Position numbers and translations under genes: made by a program
The notes under the pieces: generated by a model
Databases searched by the model: none
What the model was told of the DNA's origin: nothing
The model's input: the letters and a program-made list of their open reading frames with translations, nothing else
Shown here: piece after piece, positions 1-8,757 of the stretch
Layout of the letters: each line of letters starts with the position of its first letter
Numbering within the stretch: the first letter of the stretch is position 1
Source of the DNA: Edaphobacter aggregans
GTDB taxonomy: Bacteria > Acidobacteriota > Terriglobia > Terriglobales > Acidobacteriaceae
DNA length: 32,000 bases
Direction: 5' to 3'
Assembly: GCF_003945235.1 (NCBI RefSeq)
Contig: NZ_RSDW01000001.1
Coordinates: 4,890,001 to 4,922,000, forward strand

Positions 1-66
1 ACCTTCTCGGGAACGCACTATGTCTCACCCCGAGCCTTCACCGGACAGGTGAGTTTCAACTTCTAA
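1..66 (+). CDS. 3' end of a gene that starts upstream of the window. The C-terminus resembles an outer-membrane beta-barrel or TonB-dependent receptor.
   Basis: Frame 1 is open from the window edge to TAA at 64-66 (TFSGTHYVSPRAFTGQVSFNF*). The terminal Phe resembles the C-termini of the three complete receptors here (...SVKF, ...LFAF, ...RFFF). Only 21 codons are visible. Confidence 0.35.
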   Translation, partial: TFSGTHYVSPRAFTGQVSFNF

Positions 67-90
67 CCGAAACGCTCGAAAACTATCAAG

Positions 91-113
91 CGGCATCCGA
101 AGAGTGGATGCCG
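91..113 (+). terminator. Stem-loop downstream of the truncated upstream gene; possible terminator.
   Basis: CGGCATCC-gaagagt-GGATGCCG is a perfect 8-bp stem, 25 nt after the TAA at 64-66. There is no clear U-tract after it, so it is weak as an intrinsic terminator. Confidence 0.3.
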
Positions 114-215
114 CCTTCGATCTGCTTGGTTCTTAGCTGAGGGTCAAGCCATGGCTTATCCGAGGTGGAGGGGTACGAGTAGCCGCGCGCGTCGCCGATG
201 TATTGAGCGGATCTT

Positions 216-740
216 TTGGAGCCGACGACAACAGATCAGTGTGCTTCTACTCTGCGTTCTGATTCTGTTTACCGTGGTAGGCGGTTGGTGGCTCGCGTCT
301 TAGTACCGAGACTAATGTCGTACTTTCTTCCTAATGAGCAGCTCTCACTGCAAGTGGCGGCAAAAGCGCTCGCAGTCGGCGGAGATGTCTCCAAGGCCAC
401 AAGCGCAAGGAATCATCGACGCGCGGCGATCAAGAATTATGGACGCCTCGACATACTCGTCAACAATTCAGATGTCTATGAGTTCTCGCCCATTGAAACC
501 GTCACGGAGAGCTGTTCCACAAGATCTTCAACATCAATGTATTGGGGATTTCTTCTCACCAAGCAAGCTGGGGTGAAACACCTCGGCGAAGGGGCCAGCA
601 TCATCAATATTGGTCAGGGGTCAGCAGCATCACACCTCGCAATTCTCTATCGAGGATTGCGAAAATGGAGCTATCAGAATTTTCATCGAAACGCGACAGA
701 AGTAAGAGGAAGAGAGTCGGGTAAGTGTAAGAGATAGTGA
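216..740 (+). pseudogene. Short-chain dehydrogenase/reductase (SDR) family gene, frameshifted and decayed.
   Basis: SDR-like peptides are scattered over three frames. These are ...AVGGDVSKA..., GRLDILVNN-S-DVYEFSPIETVTE (the classic NNAG region, degraded), ELFHKIFNINVLG in a second frame, then LLLTKQAGVKHLGEGASIINIG, then SGVSSITPRNS in another frame. No intact TGxxxGIG Rossmann N-terminus and no intact YxxxK are visible. Confidence 0.7.
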
Positions 741-1054
741 CTATGCACATGGCCATGTAGTTCCGTTCATCGATGATTTGGCGACAATACAGATCGAAGA
801 CGGACCGCGAAATCTAGATAAGGTAGCTAAAGTGATTTCCCTTATGGGCTTATCGTCTTGCCAGGCATATCCTCGGTCCCAAACATTGGCCAACAGTTTT
901 TTTGTCGGATTGTCAGCTCCGAATGATGCAAGCGAGTCCTTTGTTTGAGTATCACATAATATCGGCGCTGAGAAGTCTGTCCTGGTGTATTGAATTCGCC
1001 AGGTGCCGAAACGCAAACGTTATAAAAAAATGCTAGCATCTCCCCTTTGCCGTC

Positions 1055-1083
1055 TTGACAACCCTCGCAGAAATGCATATCGT
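1055..1083 (+). promoter_or_regulatory. Putative sigma70-type promoter for TBDR no. 1.
   Basis: TTGACA (1055-1060), 17-nt spacer, TATCGT (1078-1083). It lies about 140 nt upstream of the ATG at 1222 in an AT-richer gap. Motif match only. Confidence 0.3.
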
Positions 1084-1221
1084 TCGGGTCGACAATCAAA
1101 TAGCACGTGCGGTTATCGCGAGCTTAGAAGAACACTCTCAGCTTGGGGAGGGCCGACACGATCCTGACAGTTATTGCCCTGAAGAAGGTAAATGCGAATT
1201 TTCCGCAATTTAGGAGGCGAT

Positions 1222-4200
1222 ATGGCGAAGGCCCCAGGAGTAAAGAGCTGGAATAAGCAGAGATATTCTCTTTTAGCGAACGACCTAATTACAGGTGGGA
1301 ACAAGCTGTTTGCAGGTGTGAGTCAACGCGTACTTGCAGCCCAGCAGTGTGCCTTTGGCGCACTGCTTCTAATTTTTGCTTTTGGAATCTTCGCAACAAT
1401 GCCAGCGAGGGCGCAGGTGCTCTACGGCACGCTGACCGGCACAGTAACTGATCCCAGCGGCGCCGCGGTCCCCGGTGCTCAGGTAATCGCGTTAGAGGTC
1501 CAGACCGGCGTCAGCCAGACCGTGACCGGCGACTCCAGCGGTAACTATCGATTTACGGCGCTTTTGCCGGGCACGTACAAAGTCACTATCAGCGCACAAG
1601 GTTTCGCCACCCAGGAGACCCCCGGCGTGGTGGTACGCGTAAATGAAACTGCTCGTGTGGATGCACCACTCAAGGTTGGGAGCGCGACACAAAATATTGT
1701 TGTCACCACAGAGGCGCCGATACTCCAAACCGACAGGGCCGATGTCCACACTGATCTGACCTCGCAGCAGATCAGCAATCTGCCGGTCATGGGGTCACAG
1801 GGGCGAAACTTCCAGCGCCTTCTGCAAACCGTACCTGGTACGGGGCTGATGGCGGAGACCAACTCGCCTGCCGGCAACCCGCAGCGATCCATCAATGTCA
1901 ACGTCAATGGGCAGTCCAACCAGACGGTCAACACTCGAATCGACGGCGCCCAGAATGCATACCCATGGCTGCCGGCGAATGTTGCCTATGTTCCGCCGGC
2001 GGACGCAATTGAAAACGTCCAAGTGGTTACCAACGCGTTCGATGCCGAGCAGGGAATGGCGGGTGGCGCCGCTGTGAACGTGCAGGTTAAGTCCGGCACA
2101 AACCAGTTCCACGGCAGCGCTCATGAATTCCTTACCAATCAGGCCTTCGCTGCGCGCAACTACTTTCAGACCGACCCCGTTCTTTACCCGAAGAAAAACA
2201 GGAATAATCAGCAACAGTTTGGCGGTACGTTCGGTGGGCGGATCGTCAAAGACAAGCTGTTCTTTTTCGTTGATTACGAGCGCACAACGCAGCGGCAACT
2301 GGCCGGGCCCGATACCCGAACGCTGCCAACTGCGGCCATGACAACAGGCGATTTCCGTGCTCTTCCGGGAAACCCCATCATCTACGATCCCGCAACCGGC
2401 AATGTTCATGGAGCAGGCAAGCAGCAGGTCTCCTGCAACGGAGTGTTGAACGTCATATGCCCGAGCCGCATCGATCCAGCGGCCGCAGCAATGGTCACGT
2501 TGCTTCAGCCAGAGATCCCGCAGGTCTTTGCGACCGGCAACGCCCTGAACAACTGGATCGGAAGCGGAACGGCGTCGTTCACTCGCGATAATGCCGATTT
2601 CAAGGTCAACTATATTCCCGGATCCAAATCCACCGTCTTCGGCAGGTACAGCTTCTCAAAGAGCTATATATTCGATCCGCCCCTGTTAGGGGCCGCGATC
2701 GGTGATGCGACCAATGGCGGGCAGCTTGGCAACGCTCCCGGCCTGATTCAGCAAGTCGGCCTCGGAGCTACCCACACATTCACTCCCTCGCTATTGCTGG
2801 ATTGGAACTTCGGGTTCACCCGCCAGCGGCTTGGGTCTACCTTTGATCTCACCTCGGCTCGGGGACTCAATGACCTGCACATCCCGGGAACCAACAACGT
2901 AGGAGCTCCCGGCGACCCGTCCCTCTACTATGGGTTTCCGGGATTCATCTTCCCCACCGCCCAAACGCCGCCGGGCAGCACTATCCCGAACAACCAAGCA
3001 AACCTGGGCAATGCCCAACCCGCGAACCCGTTCCTTTTCCGCGACCAGCAGTACGTCACCGGCGCCAACGTGAGCTGGAACAAGGGCAAGCACTCCTTCC
3101 GTGGCGGCATCGAATGGAACCACAGCCAGCTCAACCACTTCCAACCGCAGGGCGGCACATTCCAGCAGCCCCGCGGGGCGTTCGCGTTCAATGGTTACGT
3201 GACTGCTCAGCAGGGGACAACCCCAAACTGGTTCAATTCCTGGGCTGACTTCCTGTTCGGCCTTCCGGGCACGACCGGCAAAGCCAGAGCGCTCTTCAAC
3301 CCGACTGCGTTACGTTGGTCGCAGTGGTCATGGTTCGTGCAGGATCACTGGCAAGTGGTGCCTAATGTGACGCTCACTCTGGGCCTCCGCTGGGAGTTCT
3401 ATCCCTTTGGATACAGTGACAATGGCAAAGGTCTTCGCGTCCTCAATTTGAATACTGGCAACGTCTCGATCGGCGGATTCGGCAATGTTCCACGCGACTC
3501 TGGTGTCGATGTGGGAGGCGGCCGGTTCTTACCGAGAGTAGGTGGCGCCTGGCGAATTACGCCGTCGACGGTGCTTCGCGCTGGCTACGGTATCAGCTCG
3601 GATCCTAACAACTGGCGCTACTTCCGCAATGCGTATCCGGCCGTGCTGCTGGATACGAACACACCAGCCAACACTGCGGATTTCATCCCCGCAGCCAGCT
3701 TGACCGGGTTGAACGCCACCGGGTTAGGCAGCGGAAGCTACTCCGTCCCGTCGGGCATCATACTCGCGCCGCTTCCAGACCTTTCGAGCGGTGTCATCCC
3801 ACTTCCCACCAATATCAGCACCACCACGATCCAAAACCCATTTCGGCGGGGGTACATCAACTCCTACAACCTCACGTTCCAGCAGGAGATGGGGAGAGGA
3901 CTTGTGTTCGAAACCGGCTACGTGGGCGCACGGGCGGTTCGGCCGCTGGTTAACCTGAATGTGAATGCATCTGCTCCCGGCACTGGTACCGCGGGGGGAC
4001 TTCTGAGTACCTCGCTCGGCAAAAACTACACCGGAACCATCAATGCGCTGGTGCCGTTCAAGAACAACTTCTACAACTCGTTGCAGACCAAAGTTACGCA
4101 GCGATTCGGTGCCTCTTCCGTTGGCCTCGCCTGGACATGGTCGAAGGCGATCAGCTACTCGGACAATGAAGATCTTGGTTCGCTTGCCTTCCCGTACCCT

Positions 4201-4908
4201 GCGTATTGGCAAAAGAATCGTTCGGTGGCGAATTTTGACCGCAGCCAAAATGTCCAGATCTTTGGTGTCGTGCAACTGCCATTCGGCAAAAACGAGCGTT
4301 GGATGCAGACTGGTCCGGGCAGTTGGCTCCTCGGAGGCTGGCAGATTAATCCTCTGATGAGCATTCTGACGGGAGCCCCATTCACCGTGGGTGCCGCGGG
4401 CAATCTGAACGCGAATGGCGCTGGACAGACCGCCGATCTCGTCGGCATTTATCGCAAGACTAACGGAAAGCCGAAGCGCACCGGCCAGACCTGCGCGCAG
4501 GGCGATCTTAGTTGTCACTTCTTCGACCCGGCGGCCTTTGCTGCGCCGCTCATTACCAGCCCGGCTAACGCTCATTTCGGAAACACCAACCGCAACGAGT
4601 TTCGCGGTCCCGGATACTTCAGCCTGAACCTGAGCGTGATTCGTGACTTCAGGTTTTTTGAGCGGTACATACTGGAGATTCGGGCTGACACCTTCAGCCT
4701 TACGAACACGCCCCATTTTGCCAACCCGAATGTCTCCTGCCCAGGGGATGCCACAACTGTCGGTCCGGTTCCCGGCAGCGGCCAGTTGTGCAGCACGGGG
4801 AGCAACAACAACTTCGGCGTGATTACCGGTACGAACTCACCGGGAGGGTTCTTCGGTCCGGATCCCGGCAATCGGACTCTCTGGTTGGGGGCCAGCGTGA
4901 AGTTCTAG
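1222..4908 (+). CDS. TonB-dependent receptor with an N-terminal carboxypeptidase-regulatory-like (CarboxypepD_reg) domain.
   Basis: - Start: AGGAGG at 1212-1217, 4 nt before the in-frame ATG at 1222 (the ORF track begins at 1192).
- Signal peptide: ...LLLIFAFGIFATMPARA/Q.
- CarboxypepD_reg motif: GTLTGTVTDPSGAAVPGAQV...SGNYRFTALLPGTYKVTISAQGF.
- Plug-like region: ISNLPV..GRNFQRLLQTVPG, NVNGQSNQTVNTRIDG.
- Long Gly/Asn/Tyr-rich barrel ending ...LGASVKF. Confidence 0.9.
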   Translation: MAKAPGVKSWNKQRYSLLANDLITGGNKLFAGVSQRVLAAQQCAFGALLLIFAFGIFATMPARAQVLYGTLTGTVTDPSGAAVPGAQVIALEVQTGVSQTVTGDSSGNYRFTALLPGTYKVTISAQGFATQETPGVVVRVNETARVDAPLKVGSATQNIVVTTEAPILQTDRADVHTDLTSQQISNLPVMGSQGRNFQRLLQTVPGTGLMAETNSPAGNPQRSINVNVNGQSNQTVNTRIDGAQNAYPWLPANVAYVPPADAIENVQVVTNAFDAEQGMAGGAAVNVQVKSGTNQFHGSAHEFLTNQAFAARNYFQTDPVLYPKKNRNNQQQFGGTFGGRIVKDKLFFFVDYERTTQRQLAGPDTRTLPTAAMTTGDFRALPGNPIIYDPATGNVHGAGKQQVSCNGVLNVICPSRIDPAAAAMVTLLQPEIPQVFATGNALNNWIGSGTASFTRDNADFKVNYIPGSKSTVFGRYSFSKSYIFDPPLLGAAIGDATNGGQLGNAPGLIQQVGLGATHTFTPSLLLDWNFGFTRQRLGSTFDLTSARGLNDLHIPGTNNVGAPGDPSLYYGFPGFIFPTAQTPPGSTIPNNQANLGNAQPANPFLFRDQQYVTGANVSWNKGKHSFRGGIEWNHSQLNHFQPQGGTFQQPRGAFAFNGYVTAQQGTTPNWFNSWADFLFGLPGTTGKARALFNPTALRWSQWSWFVQDHWQVVPNVTLTLGLRWEFYPFGYSDNGKGLRVLNLNTGNVSIGGFGNVPRDSGVDVGGGRFLPRVGGAWRITPSTVLRAGYGISSDPNNWRYFRNAYPAVLLDTNTPANTADFIPAASLTGLNATGLGSGSYSVPSGIILAPLPDLSSGVIPLPTNISTTTIQNPFRRGYINSYNLTFQQEMGRGLVFETGYVGARAVRPLVNLNVNASAPGTGTAGGLLSTSLGKNYTGTINALVPFKNNFYNSLQTKVTQRFGASSVGLAWTWSKAISYSDNEDLGSLAFPYPAYWQKNRSVANFDRSQNVQIFGVVQLPFGKNERWMQTGPGSWLLGGWQINPLMSILTGAPFTVGAAGNLNANGAGQTADLVGIYRKTNGKPKRTGQTCAQGDLSCHFFDPAAFAAPLITSPANAHFGNTNRNEFRGPGYFSLNLSVIRDFRFFERYILEIRADTFSLTNTPHFANPNVSCPGDATTVGPVPGSGQLCSTGSNNNFGVITGTNSPGGFFGPDPGNRTLWLGASVKF

Positions 4909-5519
4909 GAAGGGCAGATCAATGCCGAGGTTGCCAATGCATCGCTTAGCGCGCTCGACTCTTTGTGTGACGGCTACCTGATCCGAAATTGCGTTCACGG
5001 GCACACGCGGTGAACGGTCCGTTTCCGAAAGCCTGAGTGAATACTCAGGCGGGCACCCCCCTCGACCGTCAAGCTTCATAGGGCAAATGACGGCGCGCGC
5101 GCAGTCGGATGCACGTCAATGAGGGCTAATCGGTATTGGCGAGTCAGCTTCTACGTATCGAAGTGCTTAAACTCAAATTCAGTTGGTGATAACAGATGGG
5201 GATGAGAAGGCCGGTTTCCAGTTGGATGCGTTGAGCCCCCCAAGTTATTGATGTGTTTGAAACGTTGAAGACAAGGATGCCGGCGATGAAAAAACTCACC
5301 ACTACGATGATGCAGCAGACACGCGACAAACAGGGCGGACACTTGACCATCGTCTGGATATGGCGATATGTCGAGCTTTTATTGTATGGAGATGTCTCGG
5401 TCATAGAGATCTTCTTCGCCCTTCACGGACATCGAGTACAAGTGCCCTCTTCGTTGGGTCAAAGGGACTGTATATCGCCATTCGTTGTTAGGGGCTTGCC
5501 ACTATAATTTGCGACATCG

Positions 5520-7166
5520 ATGAGCGGGTTCATCGCACGAACGATCCGTCGTTGGTTTGACCCCGAGCAGGGTGTGTCTGACCATCAGATATCGCGATGG
5601 ATCTTTCTGCGGGCGCTCGGCCTTATCTATTTTTCTGCGTTCTATTCTCTGGTCTTTCAGATTCGCGGCCTGATTGGTCCACATGGAATTCTTCCGGCAG
5701 ACGAGTACTTGGCATCGGTCGCGAAAGATTTAGGGCCGCTGCGTCTCTGGTTCGCGCCAACGTTGCTATGGTTTTCGAGCAGCACGCATATGCTGATGGC
5801 GATGTGCTGGGCCGGTATCATTGCTTCGCTGGTGATCGTCGCAAATGTTTGGCCACGCGCCATGTTTGTGGTTTGCCTTGTATGTTTTCTATCCTTTGTC
5901 AGCGCGGCCGGAGACTTTTCCGGCTATCAGTCCGATGGCATGTTGTTGGAGGCAGGCTTTCTTGCGCTTTTCTTTGCGCCCGGCGGATTTTTTCCAGGCT
6001 GGGGAAACGCCTGGTTCCCCCCACGCGCTAGCTTATTTCTTTTGCGGTGGGAGTGGTTTCGTATCTACTTCGAGTCGGGTGTCGTAAAGCTCGCCAGCGG
6101 AGATGAGCAGTGGCGCCATCTGACAGCTATGGATCAGTACTACCAAAATGGCCCCCTACCCACCTGGATTGGCTGGTACGTGCAGCATCTACCCCACTGG
6201 TTTCACGCTTGGACCGTGGTAGCTACCTTGGGTATGGAACTGGTGTTGGTGTGGATGCTTTTTTTATCGCGACGTTGGCGGATTGTGTGTTTTTTCCTAG
6301 TCACGCCCTGGCAGATTGTGGTCATCCTGACGGCCAACTATACGTTCCTGAACTACATTGTTTTGGCGCTCGGCTTCCTGCTATTGGATGATCGCTTTCT
6401 AGTGCGCTTCGTGCCGATACATTGGCGAGCCGGCCTACCTCTAACTGAAGAGTCTAAGGCAAAGCTTGAAAGTGACCTATCAAGCGAAGAACCGTCGGAG
6501 GCGAGCGGAACCTCGCCACAAGTGCAACCCACTCGAATCGTGCAACACCTTCACACCCTACGACTAGCCGTGATTGCAGTGGCATTGAGTTTGGTTTTCT
6601 ATGCGACAACGCTGCCGATGCTGCAAATGTTTTGGCGACGAATTCCTCTGCCAGAAGGCCCCGTCATGTCGTTGGAGCCATTTCGGATTGCCAATCAATA
6701 TGGCCTATTTGCAGTAATGACGCCGCACCGGTTCGAAATTGAATTTCAGGGATCGAACGATGGCCAGACCTGGGTTGCTTATCCCTTCCGTTATAAACCA
6801 CAGGATGTAACGGAGGCGCCGCGCATCTACGCGCCCTACCAGCCACGCTTTGACTGGAACCTGTGGTTTGCCTCACTGGGTACGTGGTCGCAATATCCGA
6901 TTGTTCCGCGTACGGAAGAGCTATTGTTAATCAACGATCCGGACGTGCTTCAGTTATTCGCGCGGAACCCATTTACTGATAAGCCACCCTTAATGGTGCG
7001 AGCAGTTCTGTGGCAATACTGGTTCAGCACGATGGGAGAGAAGCGAACGCAGGGTATCTGGTGGCGGCGCCAACTATTGGGTACCTATGCACCGACGCTG
7101 GCAATTGATCCTACTGGAAGAATCGGTATCCTGGCAGAGCCGCGACTGTCCCCGCCGCAGGATTGA
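5520..7166 (+). CDS. Lipase maturation factor (LMF1-like / HTTM-related) family polytopic membrane protein.
   Basis: 548 aa with many hydrophobic helices. The N-terminus RWIFLRALGLIYFSAFYSLVFQIRGLIGPHGILPADEYL and the C-terminal block PYQPRFDWNLWFASLG...VLWQYWFS...WWRRQLLGTYAP match my recollection of bacterial LMF-family proteins. There is no SD; TATAAT at 5503-5508 sits 11 nt before the ATG. Confidence 0.72.
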   Translation: MSGFIARTIRRWFDPEQGVSDHQISRWIFLRALGLIYFSAFYSLVFQIRGLIGPHGILPADEYLASVAKDLGPLRLWFAPTLLWFSSSTHMLMAMCWAGIIASLVIVANVWPRAMFVVCLVCFLSFVSAAGDFSGYQSDGMLLEAGFLALFFAPGGFFPGWGNAWFPPRASLFLLRWEWFRIYFESGVVKLASGDEQWRHLTAMDQYYQNGPLPTWIGWYVQHLPHWFHAWTVVATLGMELVLVWMLFLSRRWRIVCFFLVTPWQIVVILTANYTFLNYIVLALGFLLLDDRFLVRFVPIHWRAGLPLTEESKAKLESDLSSEEPSEASGTSPQVQPTRIVQHLHTLRLAVIAVALSLVFYATTLPMLQMFWRRIPLPEGPVMSLEPFRIANQYGLFAVMTPHRFEIEFQGSNDGQTWVAYPFRYKPQDVTEAPRIYAPYQPRFDWNLWFASLGTWSQYPIVPRTEELLLINDPDVLQLFARNPFTDKPPLMVRAVLWQYWFSTMGEKRTQGIWWRRQLLGTYAPTLAIDPTGRIGILAEPRLSPPQD

Positions 7167-7266
7167 TTCACATCCTGTTGAACAACTCGGAAAAGAGGAG
7201 GCCAAGTCAAAGTCCAAGCATATGCTTCTGTCTCCTTACAGCCGTTTCGCGCAGGATCTAAAGCAA

Positions 7267-8685
7267 ATGAAAGCATGTGTGATCGGCGCCGGTCCGAACG
7301 GTTTAGCGGCTGCCATTGTGCTGGCACAGGCTGGCCTGGACGTAGAGGTTTTCGAAGCCGAGTCGCAGCCTGGAGGAGCTGCGCGCACCATGGAGCTGAC
7401 GCTGCCCGGCTTCCACCATGATTTCGGCTCCGCAGTGCATCCGATGGCGGTCGGCTCGCCATTCTTTTCCACGTTGCCCCTGCAGGATTACGGTCTTGAA
7501 TGGATCCACTCACCGACTGTCCTCGCGCATCCCATGGACGACGGCAGCGCCGTGTTGTTGGAGCGCAATCTCGATGATGCAGAACCAGCGTTGGGTGAAG
7601 ACGGTGTGGCCTGGCGCGGCCTAATAGAGCCCTTCGCAAACCACTGGCCGGAATTGGCGCACGACATTCTCCGCCCATTGCTGGTGTGGCCACGCCATCC
7701 CTTTTTGCTGGCAAGGTTTGCACTGGATGCGCTTCCTTCCGCAAGCTTTGTGGCGCTGCGTCGATTTCGTACGGAACGGGTACGCGCCCTCTTCGCCGGA
7801 CTCTCAGCGCATTCTTTTTTGAGCCTCAGCCAGCCACTCAGTGCGTCCTTCGGCATGGTGATGGGTGCCTCGGCACATGCGGTAGGATGGCCAATCCCTC
7901 GCGGCGGTTCTCAATCCATTACGAATGCCTTGTCAGGTTATCTTGCCGCTTTAGGTGGGCGCATTCGTACTTCAATGCGCATCGAAAGCCTTCACCAGTT
8001 GCCGCCGTGCGACCTCACGTTGTGTGATCTCACGCCTCAACAATTGCTGCATATATCGGACAACAAGTTTGCGCCACGTTATCGAAGTCAATTGAAGAAG
8101 TATCGCTATGGTCCCGGCGTCTTCAAAGTCGACTATGCGCTGGTCAGCCCAATTCCATGGACGGCCACGGAATGCCTGAGGGCAGCCACAGTGCATGTGG
8201 GAGGAAGTACGCAAGAGATTGCGGCTTCCGAGGCAGCGATATCGCAGAGAAGAATCTCTAGTCGGCCGTTTGTACTGGTTGTACAGCCGACGCTGTTTGA
8301 TCCGTTACGAGCGCCTGAAGGCAAACACATTGCATGGGCGTACTGTCATGTTCCTAACGGTTCGCGGACCAATTATTTAGAAGTTCTGGAAAATCAAATC
8401 GAGCGATTTGCGCCAGGCTTTCGCGATTGCGTTCTGGCGCGCCGAGTATTGGCGCCCGCGGATCTCGAAGCGATGGATGCAAACCTTGTCGGTGGAGATA
8501 TTGGTGGGGGAGCCGTGAATATACGCCAGCTCCTCTTTCGTCCGACCTGGCGACAGTATCGTACATCCGCAAGCGATTTCTATCTGTGCTCGTCATCTAC
8601 TCCACCGGGAGGAGCAGTGCATGGGATGTGTGGGTACAACGCGGCCAAGACAGCCCTGCGCTGTCTGAGAGCCAAAATAGATTGA
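7267..8685 (+). CDS. NAD(P)/FAD-dependent oxidoreductase, phytoene-desaturase (CrtI)-like family.
   Basis: Dinucleotide-binding N-terminus MKACVIGAGPNGLAAAIVLAQAGLDVEVFEAESQPGGAARTMELTLPGFHHDFGSAVHP, and C-terminal ...SSSTPPGGAVHGMCGYNAA typical of this family. The ORF is open from 7087 and overlaps the LMF gene. ATG 7267 gives the canonical N-terminus; ATG 7222 is the alternative. Confidence 0.85.
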   Translation: MKACVIGAGPNGLAAAIVLAQAGLDVEVFEAESQPGGAARTMELTLPGFHHDFGSAVHPMAVGSPFFSTLPLQDYGLEWIHSPTVLAHPMDDGSAVLLERNLDDAEPALGEDGVAWRGLIEPFANHWPELAHDILRPLLVWPRHPFLLARFALDALPSASFVALRRFRTERVRALFAGLSAHSFLSLSQPLSASFGMVMGASAHAVGWPIPRGGSQSITNALSGYLAALGGRIRTSMRIESLHQLPPCDLTLCDLTPQQLLHISDNKFAPRYRSQLKKYRYGPGVFKVDYALVSPIPWTATECLRAATVHVGGSTQEIAASEAAISQRRISSRPFVLVVQPTLFDPLRAPEGKHIAWAYCHVPNGSRTNYLEVLENQIERFAPGFRDCVLARRVLAPADLEAMDANLVGGDIGGGAVNIRQLLFRPTWRQYRTSASDFYLCSSSTPPGGAVHGMCGYNAAKTALRCLRAKID

Positions 8686-8757
8686 GATAGATGCGCATCA
8701 TAAAGATGCGCCTCGGAGAACTTCTAGGCCGCGAACGTAGCTTGCTAATTTCCTTGA

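Noticed and set aside
741-1099. Two overlapping minus-strand ORFs (741-1016 and 842-1099).
   Set aside because: No family resemblance, no RBS, and they overlap each other in different frames in an AT-richer stretch. They are possibly debris of a dead gene, but I cannot support a call.
1017-1221. Riboswitch (e.g. cobalamin, TPP) in the long leaders of the TonB-dependent receptors (1017-1221, 13972-14394).
   Set aside because: No B12-box-like (GCCACTG) or other conserved riboswitch core was recognisable. Only promoter-like hexamers and a palindrome were seen.
3724-4716. Long antisense or alternative-frame ORFs inside large GC-rich genes. Examples: 3724-4716 (330 aa), 1795-2409, 9044-10105 (353 aa), 7085-7744, 22361-22927, 28947-29630.
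   Set aside because: Each lies entirely within a well-supported CDS. Their translations are Arg/Pro/Ser/Gly-rich low-complexity with no motifs, as expected for stop-poor off-frames of high-GC DNA.
5144-5404. 86-aa minus-strand ORF with one predicted TM helix.
   Set aside because: A weak start context, an equally long plus-strand ORF overlapping it, and no recognisable motif. It is kept only as part of a low-interest finding.
7193-7201. Strong SD-like AAGAGGAGG between the LMF-like and oxidoreductase genes.
   Set aside because: There is no ATG/GTG/TTG within 5-12 nt downstream, and the nearest in-frame ATG (7222) is 20 nt away. The canonical Rossmann N-terminus begins at ATG 7267.
8693-8711. 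GCGCATC-ataaa-GATGCGC hairpin between the convergent oxidoreductase and TBDR no. 2 genes.
   Set aside because: A 7-bp stem without a U-tract on either strand is too weak to call a terminator.
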